NCBI GenBank assembly: GCA_965649825.1
Contig: OZ287697.1
Location: forward strand, 1,846,351-1,910,350
Source: Penicillus capitatus
Lineage: Eukaryota > Plantae > Chlorophyta
Length of the DNA: 64,000 nt
Reading direction: 5' to 3'
The notes under the pieces are model-generated. The model was given only the letters and a program-made list of their open reading frames with translations, ran no database searches and was not told where the DNA came from. This document shows, in pieces, positions 36,362 to 51,384 of the stretch (position 1 is its first letter; every line of letters starts with the position of its first letter). The position numbers were made by a program, and so were the translations under genes.

Positions 36362-39190
36362 CTAAGGACGTGGTGCGTTTCTACGACAGTAGGGACACTG
36401 AAAGAAAGAAGGCACTTCCATGTCATCTCGGAATCCAGCACAGCGTGTGTGCATCCAGACGGAGCAGCTGTCGCAGCAGAGCATCCGTGCTCCATCATCA
36501 TCTCGTGTCCCGCAGTGACACAGCACTTCCCAATCTTCAATGCCTCCAGAATGTCTCAATTCCAATTCTGGACGGAACCGGTGTCCCTTGACTTCGATAA
36601 TCTTCTCGGACGGCGATTCTATACAAGAATTCTGCAGTTTTAAGTTGGACAGGGTGCCAACGCTCCACATCTCGAACATGGAGTAGATTTTGCTAAAGGC
36701 TTCTTCCACAGCGTGCTTCACGGCGACCATTGTGGTGCCCAGAGGGACGAAGACCTCTTCTGGTGGAGGGGGCTGTTTGAAAAACTCGGGCTGGGCATTT
36801 CTCAACCTCCTACACATCATGGCTTTCTGTGTTGGGCAGATGAGAAAGGCATCTGGCTACGAGTGTTCGAGTCCCGGCGGGACGGTGGTATCCAAATGCA
36901 CTTGGCAGACGAGACGCAGCAATCCCGGCGTGCCGTTTCTCTCGATCACGGCTGGAGTGGGTGGCGGCTGATACCGCTTGACGAAGAATTTCGTGTCTTT
37001 CAAGATCTGCACAAGCCGCGGCAGTTCCTGGCAACGCAATGAGGATTTCTGTGCCTCTGTCAGGGGCCTGTAGGTTTCGAGAATGGACTGATAGAGATAA
37101 AGGAGATCGATAAGGATCCATTTTCGGAAACACAGATCGCCGCCAGGAATGGGACCCATCTGTTTCAGCTGTTCCATATGGGGGGCCACTTCCGACGGAT
37201 ACCGTTCCAGCCACGGCTGCTTGATAAGACGTGGCGTCTCCAGCTTTGATCGTTTGGATGCATTTGACAAAGCCTGACGGGTCAGACGCATACTGCTGCT
37301 GACGGGTGGGCTCACTCTTTCCATCTCCGGTTCCTTTCTCTTTGGTTTCGGTTTGTTTTTATTTGGCCCTCGGCCGATCGAGACGTGCGGCTGGTGGCAC
37401 ATCCATTTGAAGAGCAAAGCTAAGTACGTTTCAAATCTCTCCAAGGACTGACCGTTGACAGACTCTGGACCTGGTGCCTGAAGCGCCGGCTCTTCGACCT
37501 GGCGCAAGAAGGACTCTTGAGTGCGAGAACGCATGCCGTTGTATTTTTCAAAAAGGTAATAGTTGCATCGAGCGAGTTTGCTTCGCTGCCTAGGAACATC
37601 CTGTTCTCACACAAATGCAAAAGAGTGAGGTGATTGGACTTGATGACGGAGAATCCGTTGACGACGGTGTTGGCCATTCTGCCCAAGACAAAGTCGGCAA
37701 GAACGCGATCGTGTGCGGTATCGTAGAGGATATCTCTCAGCTCCTGCAGACGGACCCAACGGCCTTCGTATCTCTACAGCCAACCAGCCAATCAACAAAG
37801 ACATCTCACACATTGGTCACTCTTTTGCCTCAGTGACGCACCTGCAGGACACCGAGGGTGATGCGAATGATTTCCACCATTTTGGTGGCAGAGTATTTCC
37901 GAGACCCCTCGAAGAGTGAGGCAGCATCGAACGGGGAGATTTCTGGCCGGATCAGATCACCTGGATCATCCAATGGCATCGATTTCTTGTGTTTTCTTGG
38001 CGTCTTGATCATCCCTTCATCCACGCCGTCCTGACCACCATCGACACTCGGACTGCGTTCCGTCTCCCGATCCGATTCCCCAACACATGCATCCATCACG
38101 GCCTCTTCTGCCCCCAAAGGCGCAGCCACGACTCCTGTCGACTCCAACGTCACGGCACCGATAGCCTCCGATACCGTTGTCATTGGATCCGCCACCCTCT
38201 CTTCGTTTTCCACAGCACAGCAGACGCCGTTCGCCACCTGCCGTTCTTTTTTGATCTGAGCCATAAAGGCGCTGCGTTCGTGCGCGTTCGGTTCAGGTCT
38301 GGCCAGGTATTGCAGACCGAAGTGTAAAGCACGGCCTTCGTTTTCGGAGAGAAAAAACATGAGATTGAGCAGATCGCCCAATGTGTGCAGCGCCTTGGTA
38401 TCGGTTTTGCTGTACCGCCAGATGATTTTCTGCACCATTTCATCGACGTTCTCAAAATCCAGCAGCAGATCATCCAGCTCCGTGCGGCGCAGCTTCTCGA
38501 CAGCTTCCTGCCAGTCGTGTTCTTGCACATGGAACTGCCCACGTCCAAAGGTGTATCCATGCTGCATGTAGAATGTCGATTTGTTTGCTATGGGCAGCAG
38601 CACGCGCAGCAGCATTCCCTTTTTGCTGGAGACATCTTCGACTGACACATCGCGAACACGCAAACAGTGACACAACGCATCCCAGAGATGCATCACTTGT
38701 GCTCCCCTTAGAAACTGAGATCCCCCTTCCAGTCCATTGATCCGCAACAGATGCCCAAACCCGTTCAGATGTACCACTCCATGAAGAATGTGCGTCTTGG
38801 AGTCGAAGAGCAGCTCATCGGACAGGGAGGCGACTCGTGGCGTTGGTAAGATAAAATGGATCTTCTTGGTCGAAACAGGATGATGTTGCCACCCTAGAAA
38901 GGCCGCCGTTTGAATGAGACATCGCACAGGTGCCGTGTTGCATCACCGTTGCATCTGCATTGCTCACAGTTGGGAGAGGAGACGTCGACGACTTCTTCAT
39001 AGACTTTAAAGATCACGTCGTCTTGACGGTATCTGAGCAGAACGTTCCAGGCGCGACGCACACGGACGCACGCATTTGGCACCGCCGTCCCCACGCTTTC
39101 CACGAGACTCTCAAAATTTTCACAGAATCGGTAACGAAACGGTCCTATCTTTTCGCGAAACCATGGAAAGTCGTCGCAGGGGACGCTCAT
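36362..39190 (-). CDS. PHD-finger protein of the plant MALE STERILITY1/MMD1 family, multi-exon
   Basis: GPFRYRFCENF; HILHGVVHLNGFGHLLRINGLEGGSQFLRGAQVMHLWDALCHCLRVRDVSVEDVSSKKGM...HGYTFGRG; C-terminal PHD CHCGTRDDDGARMLCCDSCSVWMHTRC...FQCPYC. Confidence 0.9.
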
Positions 39191-39266
39191 GGTGCGAGCT
39201 CGTTGGCGGTCGAACCACAGACGACAACACGGTAATGAAAAATGAGGCACATCCGATGCTGGGGAG

Positions 39267-41461
<2,195 letters not shown>

Positions 41462-41546
41462 CATCGACATAACGGTGCGCGCACCGGCATTCGTGTCTCT
41501 TCGTGCGTCCGTGGGTGATCCTTCATCTTCGTTTTGTTATTGAGAG

Positions 41547-43569
41547 ATGTTCGCCAGCTCCATGATCCATCCGCGCTGCATCGCGGCAAAAGGCGTTGGC
41601 CATGGCAGTCACCTGCCACAGCGTCGGACCGCCTCGTGTCGCACACAGACCGCCACCCATCCACGACGCCCTCTCCACACGCGTCTCCCCTTCTCCGCCA
41701 GCGTCGCCCCGTCGACTTCGCTCTTTGCCTCGCTTCTCGCTCCAAAACCGCAACGGGTGTGATCGCGACAGCGATGTGCACGGGAATGTGTTCGTGTTTG
41801 TGGAGCAGGTCGGTTTTGCGTCTGTCGTCGCGGCGGCGGAGAAAACGGCGTCGTCGGTCGCGACAGCTGGCTCTGATGCGCCCGCCTGGAAGGCACGTCG
41901 CCAAATCCGTCACGTCACCACTGAGGTGGAGTGGATCTAGGGAGCCAAACTGAAGCCCTTGGCCTTTTGCATCGCAGCAGGATTAATCTTCCGTTTTCTC
42001 ATTCCTATCCCCAACGGCATTACCCCTCAAGTCACACTTCGCCTCCTCGAAAGAGTGAGATCTCATTGGATCGCCATAGGGATGGTCACTCATGTCGATA
42101 TTTCTCTGCACCATCGCCGGATTAGTCCTGGAGCCGTTGCCGACAGGCGCCACGGCGTTCCTCGGCTTCACGGCTGCCGTTCTGACCAAGACACTGACCT
42201 TTGCCCAAGCGACCGCCGCCATGACGTCCGAAGTCATCTGGCTCATCGTCGTCTCCTTCTTCTTTGCCAAGGGATTCGAAATGACGGGACTGGGCGAACG
42301 CGTAGCGCTCTACTTTGTGAAAGCCGTCGGGAAAAGCTCATTGGGGCTGTCCTACGGCCTCAACGCCGCCGAGGCGATCATCACTCCTGCCATGCCATCC
42401 ACCACTGCCAGGGCAGGCGGCATCTTCGTCCCTGTCATGAAGAGCATCGCCGAGAGTTCTGGAAGTCATGCAGGCAGGTGTATTCGCGGCAAGAGGGAGA
42501 CAGTGTGGTGATCGCGAGCTTTGTGCTGCAGGAGAGGAGTCGCGGAAGAGACTGGGATCGTTTTTGGCGCACTCTCAGTTCCAAACCAGCTCGCACTCTT
42601 CTGGACTGTACCTAACGGGCGCCGCCCAGAATCTCTTGTGCCTCAAACTGGTGTCCGATGTCATTGGACCCGTCGGCAATCCTTTCGTCACATGGCTCTG
42701 GGGCGCCTCCGTTCCTGCGCTCTGCGGTGCGACCATCCCGGAGCCAAAGAGTGACCAAAGTGTGACCTGATATTTTCATTTAGGTCTGATTCTGACGCCG
42801 CTGATACTGTACGTCATCGAGAAGCCAGAGATCACGGCCACACCCGAAGCGCCGGAAGAGGCCGAACGAGAGCTCCGTGCCAAAGGTTCCATGTCAACGG
42901 ATGAGATGATCATGGCCGGGACGATGCTCTTGGCTGTGTGTCTCTGGGTCGCTGGCGAGTCCATTGGCATCTCGGCGGTGCTGACAGCCATGATCGGCCT
43001 GACGATTCTGCTCGTGAGCGGTACATTGAAATGGAAGGACTGTCTGGAGTATACGCCTGCCTGGGATACGCTTTTCTGGTTCGCTGTGCTGATCAGTATG
43101 TCTGGAGGGCTCAACTCTATGGGCGTCATCAAGGCCTTGGCCGATAACGCCGCCGGCGTCTTGGCCAATTTGAAAATGGGCTGGATGCCGATCTTTTTCA
43201 TCCTCCATTTCATCTACTTCATCGTGCATTACCTCTTTGCATCGCAGACGGCACATGTTGGCGCTCTCCTCGTCGCTTTTCTTACTCTTATGATTTCCGC
43301 CAGTAAGCATCGCAGGCATGAGTGGATCGACGGTTATGGAGTGTGATGCAGATGTGCCGCCGTTGCTCGCTGGCATGACATTGGCATTCAACAGCAATCT
43401 CTTCGGTTCGATCACACAGTTTGCTTCGGGTCAAGCGGCCGTCTACTATGGAAGCGGTTTCATGACGCTGCCGGAGATGTTCCGTGTGGGTGCCGTCTGT
43501 GGCGTGGCCAATCTGTTGATCTGGGGTGTGGTGGGCATCGTGTGGTGGAAAATCATTGGTTGGTGGTAA
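41547..43569 (+). CDS. DIT2: Plastid dicarboxylate translocator DiT2 (glutamate/malate, DASS family), multi-exon
   Basis: GAKLKPL; IFLCTIAGLVLEPLP; TSEVIWLIVVSFFFAKGF; PAMPSTTARAGGIF; SQFQ...LTGAAQNLLCLKL; AWDTLFWFAVL; YLFASQTAHVGAL; FASGQAAVYYGSG. These motifs match the DiT2 rather than the DiT1 pattern. Confidence 0.95.
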
Positions 43570-43796
43570 TCGGCCACAGACAGAGCAGACGTCTGTGAAA
43601 GATGTGACGTGCGAATGAGGACATTGTTTTTTTGTTGGACGTTTGCCGTTTTCAATGAGACAGATTCCAATGCCGATCGCTCAAACGGATCCGTCGATCG
43701 TTTACACTGTTGTCACACTTTTTCCTATCGCGTGAGATTCTGTGATGTCTCAAGGCAGAGGGCCGCATGAAAGAGCGTGATGTGACTGTTGATCTC

Positions 43797-45448
43797 TCAC
43801 ATGTGTGATGACCCATGCATTGGCAGTCCTTGTGGTTTCTTGCGATCCCATCTCCACACTTCTCCGCTGTCCCCGGCTGCCAAAATGATCGACCCATCGA
43901 GCGATACTGCTGTCTGGCGAATCTGAACTCCGATATCAGAAATGGCATCCCTGAATGAGCGGCGTCTGTACCACGGTGGAGCACTTCTTGTGCGCCAGAC
44001 ATGAACGGTCGATAATGGAAGGACAATGCATGTCCCATACGTGAATGCGCCCTTCCTGATCCCCGCATGCCAAGACATGAAATCCAAAATCCAAAGCAAA
44101 GCGCACATACCACACCTCACAGGGTCCCATATCAAACTCCTGAACACCGTTTGTTGGATGCAAAAGTGTGAGAATTGCGATGATGTACCAAAAGAGTGAC
44201 ATAGGCTTCGCTGGTGCGAAAACGATCCGTTGGGAGATCCAACGGCCTGAAGATTATGATCCGTTCATCGACGCCTTTGGAAATGACCAAATCGCCATAC
44301 CATCTCACACAATCGACGTAGTTTCCATGAATTTTCCTAAAGTACTATCTTCAAGTGGTGCCATAGGGTCGCCGAGGACGTTGTGGAGAAGATCGGGTAC
44401 TCCAAATGAACGGTCGGGAAATTCACATGTCTTCTTTTTGTATCCCACGTCTCCGAGGCCTCCACCAGATCCAAGCAGTCTGCAAGCAGACCCCTTTGAT
44501 GTGACAGCCCATGCTGAAAATGTCTGATGGATGACGTTTGAGTGACCAGATCTTGATGCAGTCGTCCATGCCGCTGGTGACGAAGGACTGTCCATCGAGA
44601 TGGCCATCCTACAGACACTTCATCTGATGTGACAGGCCATCAAGCATGAGCAACAGTACATACAATACTGATCACCTCAGCTGTGTGACCCCCATCCCCT
44701 GCCACGCTACAGATCGTCACCCCTGTCTTGAGATTCCACACTCGGACAGATTCATCCTGAAAAGACCCATCGACAGAGAGCAGGACTGTGATGTGACAGC
44801 ACCTTGCTAGCCGTCAACAAAATCTGTGGCTTCGTGGGAAAGATGGAGAGATCATTGATGGCCTGGCCATGTCCAGTGAGCGTCTACCACATAAGGGACC
44901 GTTTGCCACCCGGAGACTCCCTCTCGGTGCCTTACGATGAGGAGGACGCTGTTTCGTGTATCGAGCACCCGTACGATGCCTTTCTTTCCCGCGAAGATCA
45001 GCAGCGCCCGGTTATCCGACGGATCCATACTCCACTGACAAACATAGAATTCCTCAGCCTCCTACGCCACACTGGCACTGCTGCTCGTCTAACGGGTGCG
45101 GGATGTGGATGAACATCTTCGTCCACATGGCTCTGGAGAAGCTGAAATGTCCCGTCCCTTTCGCAGCGGTATACCGTTGCCTACGTGCATCCTTTTCAGC
45201 CCGTGTCGGACATGAGCGGCGGAATGGGTCACTCGGTTGCTGCCCACTGTGGCAAAGATGTCCTCTTCCTTTCGAAAATGATTAAACGCAAGGCCATAGA
45301 TTGCACTGTCATGACACTCCTGTAATCTACACCGACATACGCCACGTCACACATTTTCTCATTTGGCAAGGTGCAGCGACACGGCATGGGGATCGTAGGT
45401 CGATTCGACTGTCCGGATCGTTGTCTCCTCGACCGTCGCGCTGCTCAT
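43797..45448 (-). CDS. FIE: Polycomb PRC2 WD40 subunit FIE/ESC/EED, multi-exon
   Basis: QECHDSAIYGLAFNHF...FATVGSNR; VTSGMDDCIKIWSL; IHGNYVDCVRWYGDLVISKGVDERI; CEVWYVRFALD...ACGDQEGRIHVWD; IRQTAVSLDGSIILA...VWRWD. Confidence 0.92.
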
Positions 45449-45524
45449 TGTTAGGACGACGCGACGCGAATGACTGGATCGTTATTGCACGACATCGTTT
45501 CACGGTACCGTTCTATTGGCGACG

Positions 45525-45767
45525 ATGTCTAAAGATGTGACGCCCGAGAAGTCTGTGGGAGAAGATTTGGTCGACGGCAGCACTATCAATCCCGCCTCTG
45601 TCATCATCGCCGTCGTCGGGAGTTTCGTCGTGCTATGTTTGGGACTGAATGTCGTGCTGTGGTGGTGGGCGCAACGCAATGCTCAAGGAAAGCAAAAGAA
45701 AACGCTCTCGGCGAAGAAACTCAAACGCCAACGACTGCAAATGGGCGTCCAACAACCAGGAGAATAG
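45525..45767 (+). CDS. S1FA: S1FA-like small protein
   Basis: INPASVIIAVVGSFVVLCLGLNVVLWWWAQRN...KKTLSAKKLKRQRLQMGVQQPGE* matches plant S1FA (LNPGLIV...KKPLSKKKLKREKLKQGV.VPGE*). Intronless; ATG at 45525. Confidence 0.9.
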   Translation: MSKDVTPEKSVGEDLVDGSTINPASVIIAVVGSFVVLCLGLNVVLWWWAQRNAQGKQKKTLSAKKLKRQRLQMGVQQPGE

Positions 45768-46004
45768 ACCGCCCCCCTTACATGCCTCGCTGTTCTGAAC
45801 ATAAACCGTTGTCACATCGAGATGTGCATGCCATTGCGTCGTAGCTGTGACGCTGCTTGCTTTAATCGCTGTTTCTCACTCTTTTTGTGTGACCTGCTAT
45901 CGCGAGAGCGCGCTGTATGGCAGTGTTGTTGTTTGGTTTTAGATGCAAACGTCACATCACGCTGAGGAGTGACACGACGGGGTTCGATCCCGAACGCCGA
46001 CGTC

Positions 46005-47219
46005 ATGATCTATCGACCGTCGTCTTGTGTCCGTTCCAGCATCAGGTTCAGAGGGATGCTGCCGTCGAAGAGAAAAGATATCTACCATGAGATCATGGAG
46101 ACACCGCGACCGCCGCTTCGGGCGCGAGCTTCACACGAGAACTTTCGCTCGCTGCCACCTGCTGTGGCAGACGAAGGCCCCTTCCCGTCGCCCCAACCCA
46201 CACGCCTCTTCTCATCTGAAAGCCCGAAATCAAGCACGCGAGAGTTTACTCTTATCCCAGTCTTTAACGCGATCGGCGGCAGGACGTCGTCGTAAAAGCT
46301 CTCCATCCCCTGAGCCAGATTCTGTCGCGCAAGGACGGCTCGAAATGATCATTGGTATCGTCGGCGGCGAAAGGAGTGAGCAAAAGTGTGATGTGTTAAT
46401 GTATAGGGCCGATGTTTTCAGGAAAGACGACGGAGTTGTTGCTGAAAATCGAAGTGGACGAAGCGGCTGGGTCAAATGTCTTGATCGTAAAGTCTGAGAT
46501 CGACACGCGCTATGCCACGACACAGGAGCATCGATCATATGTCGTCTCACACAGTGGAGGAAAAAGAGTGAGAACGTTAAGTTACTCTTCTGTCTTTCGC
46601 CACAATTCTGTGTAGCCGTGTTATGCCGTGCCGAAGCTGGCGATGTTAAAGTCGCTGTTCCCAGAAGAATACAAAGCAGCAGATGTGAGATGCGAAGAAA
46701 AGAGTGATAAAGAGTGAGATATGGATGCAGGTCATTGCGATCGATGAGGCGCAGTTCTTTCCGGATTTGGTAAAATTCTGTCAAATGGCTGTGGATCGGA
46801 ACTGCAAGACAGTGTACGTGGCTGGTCTAGACGGAGACTTTCGCCGAAAGCCGTTCAAACTCGACACAATGTACAGTAGTGTCTCACACATAATGATGTG
46901 ACAGCTGAAGAAATGACTCCTGTAGGAAATCGTCAGCGATGCTAAAGATTCTCCCTCTTTCAGACGCCGTGACAAAACTAACGGCCAAGTGTTGGTACTG
47001 CAAAAGACCTGCGCCTTTCACCCTTCGAACGATATCAGACGACAGGTCACACGATCATCTCACTCTTTTGCGATGTGACGTGACGCGACGTCTGTCTGTA
47101 TTAGTGAAGTATTGGTGGGCGGAGCCGATTCGTACGTCCCAGTGTGTCGAGCGCATTACTTGTCAAAGTGGAAAGAGCTACATTCAGCGGACTCGCCGAA
47201 CAAATCCTCTTCAAAGTAG
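46005..47219 (+). CDS. TK1: Thymidine kinase (TK1 family), multi-exon
   Basis: [14 protein letters not shown]; DTRY; [10 protein letters not shown]; [15 protein letters not shown]; [11 protein letters not shown]; [15 protein letters not shown]. The start codon is uncertain. Confidence 0.95.
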
Positions 47220-47348
47220 TCCCTTCATTGTGGGAGCTCTTCGTAAAGTACTTAAGAAAAGAGAGCGCAAAAACCTGCTGGATCGGTGTCTGTTTACATG
47301 GGAAGAGGAAAGATGGAAGTGTAAGCTCTGATGGGACGGGATGCTCTT

Positions 47349-47857
47349 TTAGTTTTCTCCGTCTCTGGCCATTGGCTGGTTTCGTCGCGAAGCTGTCACA
47401 TCACGAAAAGGAGATCAGAAAGATCCAATCGGTGGTCGCACACTTCTCGGCCGGTTTCGGAACTCTTCGAAATCGAGTGTCAGTTGAGAAAAGCGCATGC
47501 GAAGCTCCACGAGATCATAGTCAACATATGTTAACCGCCGGCCGATACTTCGCTGCGTTCGTCGCCTGTTGTATCACACGACACGATTCGGCGATGCGTT
47601 GCATTCCGAGGCACCGACCGATCGATGGGATGCAATCGACGGATCGCTTCGTATCCTTTCTTCGAGAGCGTCGTCCGTCGATACACCGCCGGGCAACTCG
47701 ACTTGCGATCATCACGTCGTCCTCGAGGGAGGGGACGCGCTTCGTCGCGGCGGACTTTTGTCGCTACCGTCTTATGTACAGGAGGAGCGATTGACGTTCG
47801 GCGGCTGATGCTGGAAGACGTCTTTTTGTGACGGCGGGAGACGTCGTTGTTCGGCAT
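47349..47857 (-). CDS. Small basic hypothetical protein, 3 exons
   Basis: ATG at 47857 plus 53-nt and 51-nt (47393..47443) GT-AG introns give a continuous frame ...KKGYEAIRRLHPIDRRRTQRSIGRRLTYVDYDLVELRMRFSQLTLDFEEF...*. No family recognised. Confidence 0.5.
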
Positions 47858-48150
47858 TCTATTTACAGAAGGGCAGCGAGATATTCACAGAGAGGTATCA
47901 GTCAGCAGCGAGAGAAAGCGCCAAGCGCCACGAGACGGTCACTTCATCGGCAAGAAACGTCACATCACACGGGCGCTAAGTACTAACCGCTTGGTGCCTC
48001 GTGACTGCTGCTTCCTTGGAAACGACCAGGGAAGAGATTCGACACCGATGTCGACATACGTGCGAAACTGTCGCGTGTTTTGGCCGCTGTCTCCTGAACC
48101 GTTCGATTTCCTACAGCCCATCGCGACTAGAAATCGCCCCGAAAGAGTGA

Positions 48151-51100
48151 CTACCTACGTTTCATCGTGAAGCCGGCCATCATAGCGTTAAAAGTCCCAC
48201 GTTCTGCGCCGCCAGCAGCACCGGGCGTCAATACTGGCGCATCCATACCACTTCCGTCCGAAATAGAGGCCGAACGCCTCAAGAGACGGGCATGATACTT
48301 CGACAGCAATTCCGTCTGTGTCACCTTCTTGATGTTCTGCACAGAGAAAGCGGTAGGCACTTGTCGTGCATGGACGAACGAACATACATACCATGAGTTC
48401 GACGATGCGCTGAAACTGTGTCGTGTTCTGCATAGACTGCGGCATGAGGAGGAGGTAATTCTCGACGACCGTGTCTGGATTACTCTGGCACACTTTCATC
48501 AAAGAAATCGCGGCATTCATCTCCTTGTCCACATATTGGGTATAGGAGTGCAGTGGCGGACGCGCATCGTCCGGTCGCGAGATCTGAGGAAACTGCATAA
48601 GACACGACTTCACCGCCTCGGCATCGATCGCCAACTGCAGCGCCCCTTTGAAACTGATCCTAAAAACATCCACAGGCGACACCGAGCGCATAAGAGTGAG
48701 AAGGTCGACTGCGCTCAATGTCACACCTTTTGAGTTTGAAGAGATTTTCGTGGAAACGTGGAACGAAGGCATGCACCATCTTATCACAGAAGTAATCGAA
48801 ATCGACATCTGTCAAGTTCTGTGCCAGTCGTGGCCCGCCATCGCGCAGGACATTGCGTACGATGGAGACGTAAGCGCATTCATCTCCGGTCGTCTCGATG
48901 CTGTCCCATCGAATCTTCACCATCTCTTGAAAGGACGCATCCAGTCGGGTGTTCACTCCCAGGACCAATACCGAAAGACATTGAGCCGCGACAGTATTGA
49001 ACGCCTCCTCTTCCTGTTCGAACTGAATCTGATCAGTGTAGATCTCTTTGATATCCCGTTGAATGGCCCGTTCCAATGTTCGTGCCGTTGTGGCGCAGTA
49101 CGATGCTGTATGGGCGATGTTGCAGACGACCTAGATTCGTACCCTGTTGCCATCGATGTGTTCAGGAAATTCTGTCTTGCCAGTTCGTCCTCGATCGACA
49201 GCTTAATCTGCCAGTCGGCGTTGGAGGCGAAGGAGGAAGGAAGCGTGGTGGTCCCTACGGCCGTCTTGGGTAGGCGCTTCATCAATTCACTCGAATAGGA
49301 TCCCAACACACTCTGCGAAACACAAAAGAGTGAGACGCAAAGAGTGAGAAATGGATGTTGTTGTACCTGGAAGGCTCTGGCGAGGAGATAGAGCGGCTCG
49401 CCTTTGGAAATGAAACGGGCGCAGCGTTTGAGGGAGCTCTGAATTCGCAGGAAGAGTTTGTTGGCGCTCTGCAGGACGTGAGAATCTTCCGTCGGTTCCC
49501 AACGATTCTCGTACTCTTCTCTGAGACAGCTGGCCAAGAAACTCATCATTTCTTGCAGCTCCTCCTCCACATAGTACCTGCATCCATCATCTTAGATTGC
49601 GCCCAGACAACGCATCGGCGCCCTGTACTTAAGGTGTTTTTCGAAAATGCAGGAAATGCTGCCTTCGAAAGCGAGCTTTGCTGCCTGAATGGCGCTGTTC
49701 TGTTCTTTTTCCTCCTCTGCGGCGGCAGCTTCTTTTGTGAAGTCTCTTCGAGCGGCTCTGAGCTTCTCGGTCAGGCGTTTGCGCGCTTCGGTAGCTGCTG
49801 TGTTTTCATAAGCCGCCTCATCTTCTGTACTTTCCTCCTGTCACATCATGATGCGATGTGGTCAAGAAAGCACAGTCGCGATCTCGTACGTCGATGGAGG
49901 TTCCGGCGAAACGCGCAACCATTTCTTGTTCGAATCGATTGGTATCGACCACTGCCTTCAGCAATCCGGCCACATTCGATCGCAGATCCGTATCCTAAAC
50001 GAGCTTCCGTTGAAGCGACAGAAAACGATCAAACGCATCCACTTGATCCAGAATCTGAGCGAGATGCGATTTCGTTGTCTGGCAGAAGGCCATGCACACG
50101 ACCTGTGCCATGCGCCAGGAAGAAGGAAAAATGGCCCACTCTTCTGGTCGATCATCGAGCCTCTTTTTTAGCCAGTTATACCTAAGCGCATCGACACGCG
50201 TGTAAAAAGAGTGAGATGTGCTGAAAGAGTAACCTGCGTTCTGTTCTCTCAAGCTTTGCCACTTCTCCGTGCGTGCCGTAGATTTGCGTATACGTCTTGA
50301 TCTCTTTGTCACAGATCACACCGATCAACTGATCAACCACCTATTCCAAGAGCAGTCTGCCCAATGTGTGACCAAAGAGTGACCGACTGCCGGGCCCAGT
50401 GCATTAATGACGAGACATCCATTCGTGAGGCGTTCCAAGATTTCTCTCGTCGGTCGGCTATCGACCATTCCCAACAAAGTGTGGAAATCATCAAACACGC
50501 AGCCTTTTAGGGCCACCCGGATGGTCTCCAATTTTCCCGTCAGCTCAGCCACCTTGGAGATGTGACCGTACTGTTCAAAGTACTCCGTCAGCTGCGTCAC
50601 AGCTTCCAACAAGTGCGCACACTCTTTATAAGAATCTCGATTGGTCAGCATCTCTTCCAACGTCTGAATCGCTTTGGTCAACATCGCCAACCGTCTGTGT
50701 GGATAGCGCCGCCTTTGTTTTCATCTCACTCTTTCTGAAATATCACACCTTAAGGCGGTGATGGCATGTGTTAGGTGTTGTTTGGCAAAGTCGAGTTTCT
50801 TAATGTCGCGGCAGATTTCTTGCACCATCGTTTCGCTGTCGATCGCTTTGCGCTGAATATCGTTAATTCGGACGAACAACTCGTCGATCTGCGCTCGAAC
50901 CGTACCCAGTTCTTGTCTAGAGCAACACGAGATCTCATACTTTCAGTCACTCTTTCTGAAAACACGCACCGCGCTCTGCTTTCGGAGCTGCTCTGCTGTC
51001 GGACCGCTTCCAAGATGTCTCTGTCCACTTTCCTAATCTGCCGTCACTTCATCTCACTCTATTGCGATGTGACGTCGAAATGACCATACCTTTCGTTTCA

Positions 51101-51317
51101 GACCATTGACTAAGTCGTCCAATGAGCTCAGCGAAGCCTCTAAAGAAAGAAACCTCAAGAGGACTACCCATAATGCGGTTATACCATTGGGGAAGAGTTT
51201 GTTAACGAGCTCTACGGCGTCGAACTCTTCTCTGTCAAAGATATCGCCGTCCGAGACGGCAGGTGTCGTCAGGGGGCGCACCACAGCACCTGTGGAGCTA
51301 CCTTCATCATAGGCCAT
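48151..51317 (-). CDS. VPS53: GARP complex subunit VPS53, multi-exon
   Basis: FDAVELVNKLFPN; DILEAVRQQS; YKECAHLLEAVTQL; RYNWLKKRLDD...IFPSSWRMAQ...FCQTTKSHL; CARFISKGEPL; GDECAYV; FCDKMVHAFVPRF; ALQLAIDAEAVKSCL. Confidence 0.95.
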
Positions 51318-51384
51318 TGCGCTCGTCGTCGCGTACCAGACAAGCACCCAATTGCCTCACGTCACGTCACATCCACTGCTTGGT

